64,000 nt of DNA, from positions 64,001 through 128,000 of the IMG/VR virus record IMGVR_UViG_3300044675_001501. One strand, written 5' to 3'. Source of the stretch: a virus (taxonomy: Duplodnaviria > Heunggongvirae > Uroviricota > Caudoviricetes). The notes beneath the pieces are model-generated. The model was given only the letters and a program-made list of their open reading frames with translations, searched no databases and had not been told where the DNA came from. Shown piece by piece: positions 1 through 9,843 of the stretch; within the stretch, counting starts at the first letter, position 1; each line of letters begins with the position of its first letter. A program made the translations under genes and the position numbers.

Positions 1-3000
1 AAGTCTAGATGGACCAAGGTTGTATAACTGAACATGGTGTCCAACTCTTAATCCTGTTACGTTGTTAACAGTAAGAGTAAACTGTGTTGAACCTTCTGGG
101 TCAGTAATGTTATTGATTGTTTGAATAACAACTGGAGTATGAGTGTCATTACTCAACACATCACCAATCTGGAATGCTGGTTGAGCCTGACCTTCATATG
201 TTCTTGACACATCAGTAGCAACTACTCTGTCTTTAATATCTTCAGTATCAAATCTCATGAATGAAGCGCCAGAGATTCTTGTTACATTAAACGCATCAGC
301 AGGTTGACAATAAGAAGACACAGCTTCGTTATCAAAGAAAGCATAGAACTTTGTAGTTGGCTTTAAGTTCTTAGCGACAAACACAATAGGTCTTGCACGC
401 ATATATTCAGCGAAAGAAATATCAACGACTCTATCGCCATAATCTTGCTGGTTAATTGTGCTGGTTAAGGATGTTCTAATGCCATCTCTAGACTGTATAC
501 CAGTGTCTGTTGTTGTTATATTTTGTAGTTGAGTATTGCCTGACCAGAAAGCTGGACCAGCTTCAGATGAACTTCCAGTCCACTGAGTCTGCCATGCATT
601 CCACTGAGTTCCTGTAACACCAAGAGCTTCAGCCATAAAACGAATAGCATCAAAGTTGTTATCATCTTGAACCAATAGGTCTGGTCTACGATCAGTGTCT
701 TTCCAGTTATCACCTTCTGGTGTTAAAGTAACTTCTCCCTTAAACGCACCAATCTTATATGGGTTTACGTCAATGGTTCTTGTTCCATATGGATTAAATA
801 TTGAAAGCTGTTCAGTATATGGAAGAGTAATAATGTCGCCTTCTTTTCTATATGAAGAGGCGAATCTTTGATCTGAAGAAATAATGTCTTCAACAATATC
901 AACAGCATCAGTAAAGTGCATAGGACGCAGTTCTTGCTTAACTGGATCAACAGCAATTCTGTAATCGATGTTAACAACATCACCAACTCCGTGACCAGTA
1001 AATTGATCAACGATAAAACCATTCTTGAAGCGATCTAGACCAGTTACGTTGTCTTTAATTTGTAGAGATTCAGTTTCAGTCTCTAGTAATGTTAGGGAAA
1101 CATAGTACTCAAGATTTTGAATTCTTCTTTCAAGAGCTGCAATATCCTTCATTGTGTAACGACGGTTATCTCTTTGAAAAACACGAACGTCGTTGGCAGT
1201 CTTAGTGTATGCTGGGATATACAATGATGCAAGAACCATGCCATCAACTGGATCTCTTGGTTCGATTGGATCTCTTGCTGGTGTGCCGCTGATGACGGTA
1301 AAACGACCAATAGAATCTAATACGAGTTTATCCCATCTTGGTAAATAGTAAGCAAGACTTGTGTTGAAACCTTCACCGATTTTCGGTAGCTCTGGATTGA
1401 ATCCATTTGAGCCAGAAATAACTGGACGATAATCGATAACATCATGTAGATAAACAGTTTCAGTAACACCATTAGCGTTTTTTACTGGGAATGATGGGAT
1501 ATCTTCATATCCAAAATCATTATCAGTATTAGCAATAGCAGCTGCATATGAATCAACTGAGAAATAGTTACCAGTACCAGTATGATTGAAGTAATCGTAG
1601 ATAATCTTAATTGCACCAGCTGGTGGTGCTGTGCTTGGTTTAAGAGTAACTGTTCCTTGTTGATAATGAGTTGGTCTTTGACCATCATCAAATACATACT
1701 TGTCTAGAACACTTACTGAGTTAGTTTCAAGATAATTATCATAATTTCCTGGATTAACTCTAATGTCTTTAATTCTTAGAACATCAGCATGCGTTAATGT
1801 AATTGTTAATTCGCTGACATTTTTTCTACCAGTTACGATCTGACTGTAATTTGTTACAAGAGTCTTAGTCTTTTCTCCTGCAGTCGCAGCTGTTTGTAGA
1901 ATACTTGTAACAAGTTTATATTCTCTACCAGAAGTTAAAGCTGGGGACGTGTTACTAATAGTTACAAGTTTCTGAGCTGCGTCTAAAGAGATATTAGATG
2001 ATGTGATAGGAACAATAACATTGGTTGTTGAGTCAATTAATGTATAATTCTCTAAGTCTTGTGTTGACTGGAAGAATTCAGTTGGTGATGCTAAAGTAAA
2101 TGCCCAAACAACTGTTGCGCCTTCTGTTGCAGCAGTAGCAGAAATAATTCTTCTAACAGTATGTTGGCTTGACTTAATAGTGTCATTTCCAGATTCGTCT
2201 TGACCTCTTAGAGTCTTTAGTGTGTCAAAAGCTGATTTAAAAACTAGAGCATTAAATTTTGGTTCTTGAACAACAGAACGAGCTACTCCAACAACGCCAC
2301 TTCTTGCGCCTGATCCGCCAACAGCATTTGCCAAAGTAATAGAAGTGTTATTTCCTACTGCTGATACTACACCAACTTGAACACCATCAATGTAAAGAAT
2401 ATCTCCAACAAAAACTTGTTCTGTGAAAACAGTTCCAACACCAGTTACTGCAGTAGAGCTGTTTGCTATACTAGCTGAACCAACAACTACTAATTGTGTA
2501 GCAACAGCATCAGCAGTAAAGATGTTTGATGTTCCTGTTGCTAGTGATAAAGACTTAACATCTTTCTCAAACTCATAACTAGCAAAAGTTGATGGATTAG
2601 TATCCATCTTAATTTCAAACAATCCTAGTTTATACTGGGTTGAATCCCCAGCAGTGTAATCACCAGAGTGTAGTTGGAACGCTTTAACTCTTGCAGTTCC
2701 TACTTTGTAAGTTGATGATGGTGGTGTGCCATCAGTTAAGTTTGATCCATTTGGTGGTTTTCTTTTAACTGAATAAAGATTAACCAATGGGAATGCTGTT
2801 AAATCTGGATAGCCATGAACATTGTCAATTAAGATGTAATTACCAACTGGTGTTGAAATAGGATAGTCGTCTTCTCTTACGATATGACCACCTTCATCAC
2901 CAGTAATTGTATTTTCTCTTGCCTTTCTAAAGTCAATATATTGAGTTGATGTTGCCTCAATCTCAAATCCTTGAACATATGCCTTACCTGGATCTACACC

Positions 3001-4125
3001 AATAACAAACTTATCTTCATCTCCATAAGTTTGCCCTTGAATAGCATCACCAAATTGAGGAAGCGCTGGATAAACACCAGTGCCATCTTTGTTTAAGTGT
3101 TCTCTAGCTGATAACTTAAACTTCTTAACCTCATAGTTGCCAGATTCGTCGAACGTTCTTCTTGCTAGAGTTTTTTCTAACTCAGCATATGAAGATTTAG
3201 TAATAATGGTTTGAACTCTACCATCCTTAACACGTAGAAGTTCAATAAATTTAATTTCGTCTGTTGAGTCTAGAGGAAGTTTAACAAGAGATAATTCAAC
3301 TCTATAACGATGCGCACCTGGAGCAGCGAAGTTGGTTGTTCCTTGAGCATTATCCGCAAGTAATGGTTCCTCTTCTGGAGTAACAACAGATTCTGTTACT
3401 TTAAAACCAACTCTAAATGAAGGGTTTTGCGTAAAGCGACCAACGTATAAGTGCATCTCTGGGTTTCTAACAAAGAAACCATCAATGTAGTAAACACCTT
3501 CTTTAACTTCAACAGCAAAACCATAACCAACAACGTCAGTCTGAGAATTATTTGTATATGTTGTTGCAACAGTACCACCATCACCAAAAGAGCGGATGTT
3601 AACATAGATATCCGCTTGTTGGTTTGTTGTAAGACGATAGTTGTTTGCGATAGTGTTATCAGCAGCGTAAGCTACAAGAGTTTCACCTGGAACGAAACGC
3701 TTTGTTACTTCGTCCGTTCCAGTTTGCTCAATTTTGTAATAGAGAGTAGGAATGTCACGTTCTGTTGGATCAATACATTCGCAATCAGATGTGTCGATAA
3801 CAAGAGCCTTAACACCAGAAGAAAGACCAGTAACAATCTTGTTTCTAAACTGAAGAATGTAAGAACTAACAGTTTGGTTAATGTAAAGATTATCTAGTTT
3901 AGCGAAATGGATTAAGCTGTCATGATTGACGCTACCTGGAATAACCTGTGATCCATTTTTGAACACATGGTCACCAAATCTGGTGACCTGTCTTTGTAAA
4001 ATGGTTTGAAGCTGAGTTAACTCTCGAGCCTGAACTGCGTATCCAGGTCTGAAGAGTACTCTCAGGTAATTGTCATCATCACTATAATCATCATAATATG
4101 GTGCAACGTTGAAGTTAATAGCCAT
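1..4125 (-). CDS. Large virion structural protein, DUF4815-like (partial, runs off the window)
   Basis: Translated by hand from ATG 4125: MAINFNVAPYYDDYSDDDNYLRVLFRPGYAVQARELTQLQTILQ, the N-terminus typical of DUF4815 proteins next to gp8 in T4-like phages. Absent from the ORF track, consistent with no stop inside the window. Confidence 0.8.
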   Translation of the reverse strand, partial: MAINFNVAPYYDDYSDDDNYLRVLFRPGYAVQARELTQLQTILQRQVTRFGDHVFKNGSQVIPGSVNHDSLIHFAKLDNLYINQTVSSYILQFRNKIVTGLSSGVKALVIDTSDCECIDPTERDIPTLYYKIEQTGTDEVTKRFVPGETLVAYAADNTIANNYRLTTNQQADIYVNIRSFGDGGTVATTYTNNSQTDVVGYGFAVEVKEGVYYIDGFFVRNPEMHLYVGRFTQNPSFRVGFKVTESVVTPEEEPLLADNAQGTTNFAAPGAHRYRVELSLVKLPLDSTDEIKFIELLRVKDGRVQTIITKSSYAELEKTLARRTFDESGNYEVKKFKLSAREHLNKDGTGVYPALPQFGDAIQGQTYGDEDKFVIGVDPGKAYVQGFEIEATSTQYIDFRKARENTITGDEGGHIVREDDYPISTPVGNYILIDNVHGYPDLTAFPLVNLYSVKRKPPNGSNLTDGTPPSSTYKVGTARVKAFQLHSGDYTAGDSTQYKLGLFEIKMDTNPSTFASYEFEKDVKSLSLATGTSNIFTADAVATQLVVVGSASIANSSTAVTGVGTVFTEQVFVGDILYIDGVQVGVVSAVGNNTSITLANAVGGSGARSGVVGVARSVVQEPKFNALVFKSAFDTLKTLRGQDESGNDTIKSSQHTVRRIISATAATEGATVVWAFTLASPTEFFQSTQDLENYTLIDSTTNVIVPITSSNISLDAAQKLVTISNTSPALTSGREYKLVTSILQTAATAGEKTKTLVTNYSQIVTGRKNVSELTITLTHADVLRIKDIRVNPGNYDNYLETNSVSVLDKYVFDDGQRPTHYQQGTVTLKPSTAPPAGAIKIIYDYFNHTGTGNYFSVDSYAAAIANTDNDFGYEDIPSFPVKNANGVTETVYLHDVIDYRPVISGSNGFNPELPKIGEGFNTSLAYYLPRWDKLVLDSIGRFTVISGTPARDPIEPRDPVDGMVLASLYIPAYTKTANDVRVFQRDNRRYTMKDIAALERRIQNLEYYVSLTLLETETESLQIKDNVTGLDRFKNGFIVDQFTGHGVGDVVNIDYRIAVDPVKQELRPMHFTDAVDIVEDIISSDQRFASSYRKEGDIITLPYTEQLSIFNPYGTRTIDVNPYKIGAFKGEVTLTPEGDNWKDTDRRPDLLVQDDNNFDAIRFMAEALGVTGTQWNAWQTQWTGSSSEAGPAFWSGNTQLQNITTTDTGIQSRDGIRTSLTSTINQQDYGDRVVDISFAEYMRARPIVFVAKNLKPTTKFYAFFDNEAVSSYCQPADAFNVTRISGASFMRFDTEDIKDRVVATDVSRTYEGQAQPAFQIGDVLSNDTHTPVVIQTINNITDPEGSTQFTLTVNNVTGLRVGHHVQLYNLGPSRL

Positions 4126-4173
4126 TCTGTCTCTCTTTTAAAAGAAATTATACTCTATATTCTTTTATTTATT

Positions 4174-5604
4174 TTACATTTCAACAATGATTTTAATATC
4201 TTCAATCTGATCACCTGCACGATTAATCGGGCGACGGTTTTCGACGTAGATAATATCACCACTGTCTGAGTTAACATCTGGATCTGCGATAGAAAGAACA
4301 GTGCCTTGAGCAGCAGATGTTGAACCAACAATAGTTTCGCCAGCTTGGAAAAGTCTACCAGTCGTTGGATCTGGTGTTCCAAGAGTAGTTCCATCTTCTT
4401 TAGTTTGAATATAACGAAGAGTCTTAGGTGTTGACCCAGTGTTTAGAGAAACAATTCTTCCTCTTGCTCCACTTGTTTGACCTTTAACTTCTTCATCAAT
4501 TGCAAATGTTCCGCTAACTGCAGAGTAAGAAATTGTTCTGTTTGAAATCAAGGTAGCTTGGGTCGCTACGTTATTTGTACCAAAGTTGGTTGGGTCGCGA
4601 ACTAGGCAAATACGACGATAGTCGTTATCGACTGGGAAGTCACCAGCACCGTCATCATATTCTAGACGCACGTTCATCATAACATAGAAACCACCAAGTT
4701 CTTCAACAGCGTCGAAACCTTGACCACCCTTTGGTGAAATCATTGCAGTTGCTGTAGCAGTGTCAGTTCCTGTTGCTGGAGCGCCGATAGTAACACGTGC
4801 CCAAGTATAACCAGAACCAGAGTTAGTAATAGTAATTTCTCTAATACTATTTGTTGCACCATCAACTACTGCAGTAGCAGCAGCGCCAGAACCATCACCA
4901 ACAATAGTTACTGCTGGGATACCAACATAGTTAGAGCCAAAATTATTTACTTTGATGTGTTCAATTCCACCATCAACAGCAGCCTGTTCAACAAGATACT
5001 GCTTATAGTATGAGTCAGTTGATCCTGGATTTGCGCCGAGTGTTTTAACTGGAACAAAATCAGTTGATACAAACTTTAGAACATCTGATGGCGCAATAGT
5101 ATACATATACTTCCAAACATAACCGTCTGGAGTTGTAATCTTAGTAGTTTCAGTTCCTGTTGGTTTAAACGTAGAAGGAACTACAACACCATTACTTGTG
5201 TTCTTAATGCACTTATAGACATTGTATTCATCAGTAATTACATAGAAATTTGCGTCGTATAACGATGCAGGTAGAGTTGGTGCGCCTGAATCAATATTAA
5301 CACCTGTAGTAGTTCCGTTGTAATCATGACGATAAATGTCATAATACTTACCAGAAGTCCAGTTTCTACGTACAACTGATAATGATACGTCTGTTGCTTG
5401 AATACGCTTTAATGCAAGCATATCGTCCCAATTATAAAACTCATCACCAACAGTATCGTATGGTGTATTTGGTACGTTGTCGTTTGCCCATGCTTGCGGT
5501 CTACCAATGCCTAGATACATGTTCGTAGGCGCAGACTCGTTAAAGCCCTCTTTGAATGATTGCGCATTGTGAATGCGAAACTTGTTTGTAATAATTGCAG
5601 CCAC
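4174..5604 (-). CDS. gp8: Baseplate wedge subunit gp8
   Basis: MAAIITNKFR..YLGIGRPQAW..DGYVWKYMY..GDIIYVENRRPI motifs; synteny. Confidence 0.85.
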   Translation of the reverse strand: MAAIITNKFRIHNAQSFKEGFNESAPTNMYLGIGRPQAWANDNVPNTPYDTVGDEFYNWDDMLALKRIQATDVSLSVVRRNWTSGKYYDIYRHDYNGTTTGVNIDSGAPTLPASLYDANFYVITDEYNVYKCIKNTSNGVVVPSTFKPTGTETTKITTPDGYVWKYMYTIAPSDVLKFVSTDFVPVKTLGANPGSTDSYYKQYLVEQAAVDGGIEHIKVNNFGSNYVGIPAVTIVGDGSGAAATAVVDGATNSIREITITNSGSGYTWARVTIGAPATGTDTATATAMISPKGGQGFDAVEELGGFYVMMNVRLEYDDGAGDFPVDNDYRRICLVRDPTNFGTNNVATQATLISNRTISYSAVSGTFAIDEEVKGQTSGARGRIVSLNTGSTPKTLRYIQTKEDGTTLGTPDPTTGRLFQAGETIVGSTSAAQGTVLSIADPDVNSDSGDIIYVENRRPINRAGDQIEDIKIIVEM

Positions 5605-5632
5605 TTAGATTCTCCTATTGTGTGCGTTAGAT

Positions 5633-8600
5633 TTATGCAGTCTTAAGTACCTCAACATATGCACCGACTGCAAAGTTTGATCTCTTATGCTTTCTATTTA
5701 TAATGTCGTATACGGTGACTCTGGCAAAATCTTTTATCTGCGTGTCACCTGATGACGACATAACTTCTAGTATATACTCATCGCCACTTTCTTGAAGTAG
5801 ACGATCTCCATTCTCCATCTCAAAGTATTCACTATTCCAGTAACTTCTATTTGGCGCTGGATAATGCTCGTACCAACTACCAGTAAATCCACCATCGGCA
5901 GTGTCTGGTAGATATGTTCTATCTGGTTTAGTTGGTCCAATATGTTTCAACTCTGCCGTTCCGTTAACCTGTGTTCCAGAAGTGTGGGTAGGTGCTGATG
6001 CCCCAGTTGTTCCAGCAACAACAACCTCGTACGCATTTCCACCAGAGTTTACAACACCCTTCGTTAATACAGCTGTATTTGCTTCCCAAGCAACACCAAC
6101 ATAAACTGTTCCTGGCACAACTTGCAATGAACCTTTAGCGCCAGAAGTATATGGTGGGAAGTTGAACTTTCTCTGTTCTAGGAAAGACAACGAAGATCCA
6201 ACTTGTCTAAAGGAAGCTCTAGATTGAACTGTTGATTTTCCAAGAGAAACAGTTGTCTGATATGGAACATCAATAGTGTTAAAGTTTGCACGATAAATGT
6301 ATTGCTCGTTATCGTCTTTCTTAAACTTACTTGGTTGAATGCTATACGCTAAACTAATCAGAGGCGTTTCAGTTAAAATGGCTTGAGGTAGTGGATTATT
6401 AAGTTTAATTGTAAATGTAACTGTTGACTGTCTGTAATCAACTGTTTCGAATATACCTTCGCCAAAATTTACTCTCTGCGTAAATGGTAGGGCAAAACCT
6501 TCTCTAACTGCCATTCCGGTGATTGGCTCTGTAGATAGCGAAGTCTTTGGTGCACTTCCAGTCAAGAACATTGCACCTTGTTGAGCAGCATTAATACTTG
6601 CAACATAAGTTGTTCCAGCTGGGTATGCATCTTCAGTCAACATAAAATAACCAGTTTCTAATAGCAGGTTATCGAGTTCGGTATTAGATGGGACGCACTC
6701 AATATAGAGATTTTGCTCAGACTGCTCTTTAGGTATTAATGGGTACTTACTTGATACAGCAATGTTTGATCCATCTTCAGACAATAGTCTACCACTACCA
6801 TCTTCTAGTAAGAAGAACTCGGTGTAGTAATTCATAGAAACTTTTGTCTTAATACCAAAGACAAGTTCTTTTATTACTTGTGGCGACATCTCTAAGAGAT
6901 GAACAACATTCAATGGACTTTCGTCTATGATTACTGGAGGTAGCATCTCAGATTGTAAGATGCGCATACTTGGCGCTGGCTTAGATAGCTGAATCTGATT
7001 CAGGAATCTACCACCGTCTTCAAGTAGAAGGTCATTACCTTCATCTTCAACTATACCGTCTCCGTCTAACCTTGCATTCTCAAGTTTTAGAGTATCAGAA
7101 TCGCTATACGATGGAACGAAGTCCTCGTAATATAGAGTCCACATCTCTTTTCTGACATCTGGATTTCTTGACTTAGAATGAGTGTTATCGTTTTCTAATC
7201 TAAAGAACTGATCATATTCTTGCAATAAGTGTTCAGGGAAGAATACTGACTCATATTCTTCGTTAATAATTCTTTCTCCAGTTTCTAGCAGCATTAATCT
7301 GCCATCTGGATCAGTTCTTTCAGAAATAATAATGTTACCGTCTTCAAATATTAGAGGAAATCCGTCTTCAGTTATAAACGTATCTCTGAAGCCACCTTCT
7401 AACCCAATAGTTGGATATGTGTCGCTGTTATCAACCAGTAGACGATTTGTTGTTTGCTGCCAGTTACCAGCAGCGAGCATCTTGACACTTAGTGGGTCAA
7501 GTTCTATCTTAGCAGTAAAGATAGAAGCATTGTTAACAATTTTAATCGTTGCTGCAATTAAATTAATAAGATTAACTTCACCGAACAGCGCAAGACCAAC
7601 TGGATGTAGTAACTTCTTAACAGCGTCACGATATTTGTTTACTGACTGACCGATTCTAATAACATATGAGTAATCTTGATAGTAGAAGCTGTCTTGAATT
7701 CGCTTAGATCCGTCAGAAACTTTACCATCAGAGTTTAAGAACTCACCAGTAGTTAAACCGATAGCTCCAACATTAGCTCTAATACCACCAACTGCAACAT
7801 CAACAATCTTTGCTAGTGTTCCACTGGATTTACCTCTAACGAAAGATCCATTAGTAAAAATAGCAGACTTCTCATGCGTTATAGGATTTCCGTCTTCAGT
7901 TAAAAGAGCAGAAGATCCATCCTGCAGAGTTATTCCTGTTCTATTTGCTGCTGGGTTTAATTTTAGCAATCCAACATCTGAATCATAAGAAACGACAATA
8001 CCTGACGGCTGGTTCTGACCCTCAACTAAAAACTTTTCTCCACTCTCCAATAAAAGTTCGTCAGTAGTTTTTTCTAGACATAGAGATTGAGGTAATAACT
8101 CAACTTCTTCGTTAGTTGTAAACGCTCCATTTGTTCTGTTAATTTGCAAATAAACAGGAGCAGTCATTCTGGCTGTATTATAGCCATAACCAAAGTTTGG
8201 TAGAACTACGCTTGAGATCGCACCGATCTGATTCGATACTGGTAACAGTCTTGCGTTACTATATGTTCTAATGCTATTTGGATTCGCAGATCTATCTGCG
8301 TACATCACTTGCTTTAAGAATCTGTCAGCAATACTACCAGTAACTTGATATGTTTCGTTCGCTCTAAATGTAAATTTGAACGGATTAATAATACTGTTAA
8401 CCGTCCATGTTCCGTCAACTTCTCTATTGAATGTTCCGCTGATGGTTACTTGCTGACCAAGAATTAACTCATGAAGTAGATTGGTTTCTACTGTAATTAT
8501 GTTTGAGTTTTCTGCTGTCTGAATTGACTTAATTAAGTCTGTTGATACAACAACTTTAGGTAATCTGTTGTAAGAAGATCCAGGATTTAAGATTCTTACT

Positions 8601-9841
8601 TTTTTAATTGAACCAAAGCCATTATTATCAATAGCTGGTAAATTTGCATTATAATTTCCAAACTCGTCGACTCTATAACTTCTTTTTCTTTCTAAAGAAA
8701 TCTCATCACTGTTTTCATCCAGCAATTTACTAGAAGCACGACCAACATGTTTTAGGGATGTTGTTCCACTAGGTTGAGTTCCATAAATGTGAACTGGAGC
8801 TGTGCTACCAGTGGTTCCTGAAACAGTAACTTCGTATTCATGCTGTTTGTAGATAAATCTGTCACCAGCATCATAAAGATAGTTTGGCTTAAATCTTTCA
8901 GCAGATTCTAATAGGAAAGATCCGAAATAAACTTCAGAAACTTCTGCTACTGCGCCTTCAACTTGAGAAGAAAGACCAAACCCTGCATCAGTATTATCAA
9001 ATAGAACAGGCTGACCTTCATAGTGGTTATCGCCACCATCTGCAATTATGATATCATCGACTCCACCAACTTTTACAGTGTTAATTTCTGCGCGAGCATC
9101 AACACCGTCGCCTTCAGCAATGTTAATCAAGTCTCCAGTAATATTATATCTACCACCAAGAGTAATGTCAAGATCGTTAATAAATGGGATTAACTGTACA
9201 ACAATATCAGTATTATCGTTATTGCTTACACCTGTAATTGGCTGATTTGGTTCAAAAACACCAATAATGCTATTCGCATTAAGTGTAATTTCAGTAATTG
9301 ATTGGATACCAACATTATACTTAACAACAGCTTCAACTCTAGCCTCTGCTGGATTATCAAAAACACTTATTGGTGGTTGAGTAATTGTTTGTCCAATAAG
9401 TTCAAAAGAATTACCAGTAACATCAACACCACGAAGAATATAGCTCTGACTCCATTTACCATCAGAAACTCTAAGCATATCTTGCTTAGGATAGTAAATC
9501 TGCTGTGGTTCTTCATTGAACATTAAGCGGAACAATAGATCGTAAGATCTTGGTGTTCCTTTTGCTAGGTATATCTCCTTAGCATGTTTAATAACAAGTC
9601 TTTTGTCGACAACAATTGCTTTAGGGATTGTTGCGATAAACTGATCAGCAAAATATTCTACATACTCGTCTAGGGTGGAGTCAATGTCCCCAATAGTTTC
9701 TAGCTGTCTAGTTTTATAGTTCTGTTCTAACCACTCATAATATGCTTCTAAAAACTTAATAAACTGTGGGTGATCTTCCCTAACAAACTCAGGGACATTT
9801 CTATCTACAACGGCAGATGTCTTTAACTTAACTTTTGCCAT
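5633..9841 (-). CDS. gp7: Baseplate wedge initiator gp7-like, 1402 aa
   Basis: N-terminal FLEAYYEWLE..YLAKGT..LRVSDGKW and FYYQDYSYVI..LHPVG motifs; lies between gp6 and gp8. Confidence 0.7.
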   Translation of the reverse strand: MAKVKLKTSAVVDRNVPEFVREDHPQFIKFLEAYYEWLEQNYKTRQLETIGDIDSTLDEYVEYFADQFIATIPKAIVVDKRLVIKHAKEIYLAKGTPRSYDLLFRLMFNEEPQQIYYPKQDMLRVSDGKWSQSYILRGVDVTGNSFELIGQTITQPPISVFDNPAEARVEAVVKYNVGIQSITEITLNANSIIGVFEPNQPITGVSNNDNTDIVVQLIPFINDLDITLGGRYNITGDLINIAEGDGVDARAEINTVKVGGVDDIIIADGGDNHYEGQPVLFDNTDAGFGLSSQVEGAVAEVSEVYFGSFLLESAERFKPNYLYDAGDRFIYKQHEYEVTVSGTTGSTAPVHIYGTQPSGTTSLKHVGRASSKLLDENSDEISLERKRSYRVDEFGNYNANLPAIDNNGFGSIKKVRILNPGSSYNRLPKVVVSTDLIKSIQTAENSNIITVETNLLHELILGQQVTISGTFNREVDGTWTVNSIINPFKFTFRANETYQVTGSIADRFLKQVMYADRSANPNSIRTYSNARLLPVSNQIGAISSVVLPNFGYGYNTARMTAPVYLQINRTNGAFTTNEEVELLPQSLCLEKTTDELLLESGEKFLVEGQNQPSGIVVSYDSDVGLLKLNPAANRTGITLQDGSSALLTEDGNPITHEKSAIFTNGSFVRGKSSGTLAKIVDVAVGGIRANVGAIGLTTGEFLNSDGKVSDGSKRIQDSFYYQDYSYVIRIGQSVNKYRDAVKKLLHPVGLALFGEVNLINLIAATIKIVNNASIFTAKIELDPLSVKMLAAGNWQQTTNRLLVDNSDTYPTIGLEGGFRDTFITEDGFPLIFEDGNIIISERTDPDGRLMLLETGERIINEEYESVFFPEHLLQEYDQFFRLENDNTHSKSRNPDVRKEMWTLYYEDFVPSYSDSDTLKLENARLDGDGIVEDEGNDLLLEDGGRFLNQIQLSKPAPSMRILQSEMLPPVIIDESPLNVVHLLEMSPQVIKELVFGIKTKVSMNYYTEFFLLEDGSGRLLSEDGSNIAVSSKYPLIPKEQSEQNLYIECVPSNTELDNLLLETGYFMLTEDAYPAGTTYVASINAAQQGAMFLTGSAPKTSLSTEPITGMAVREGFALPFTQRVNFGEGIFETVDYRQSTVTFTIKLNNPLPQAILTETPLISLAYSIQPSKFKKDDNEQYIYRANFNTIDVPYQTTVSLGKSTVQSRASFRQVGSSLSFLEQRKFNFPPYTSGAKGSLQVVPGTVYVGVAWEANTAVLTKGVVNSGGNAYEVVVAGTTGASAPTHTSGTQVNGTAELKHIGPTKPDRTYLPDTADGGFTGSWYEHYPAPNRSYWNSEYFEMENGDRLLQESGDEYILEVMSSSGDTQIKDFARVTVYDIINRKHKRSNFAVGAYVEVLKTA

Positions 9842-9843
9842 GA

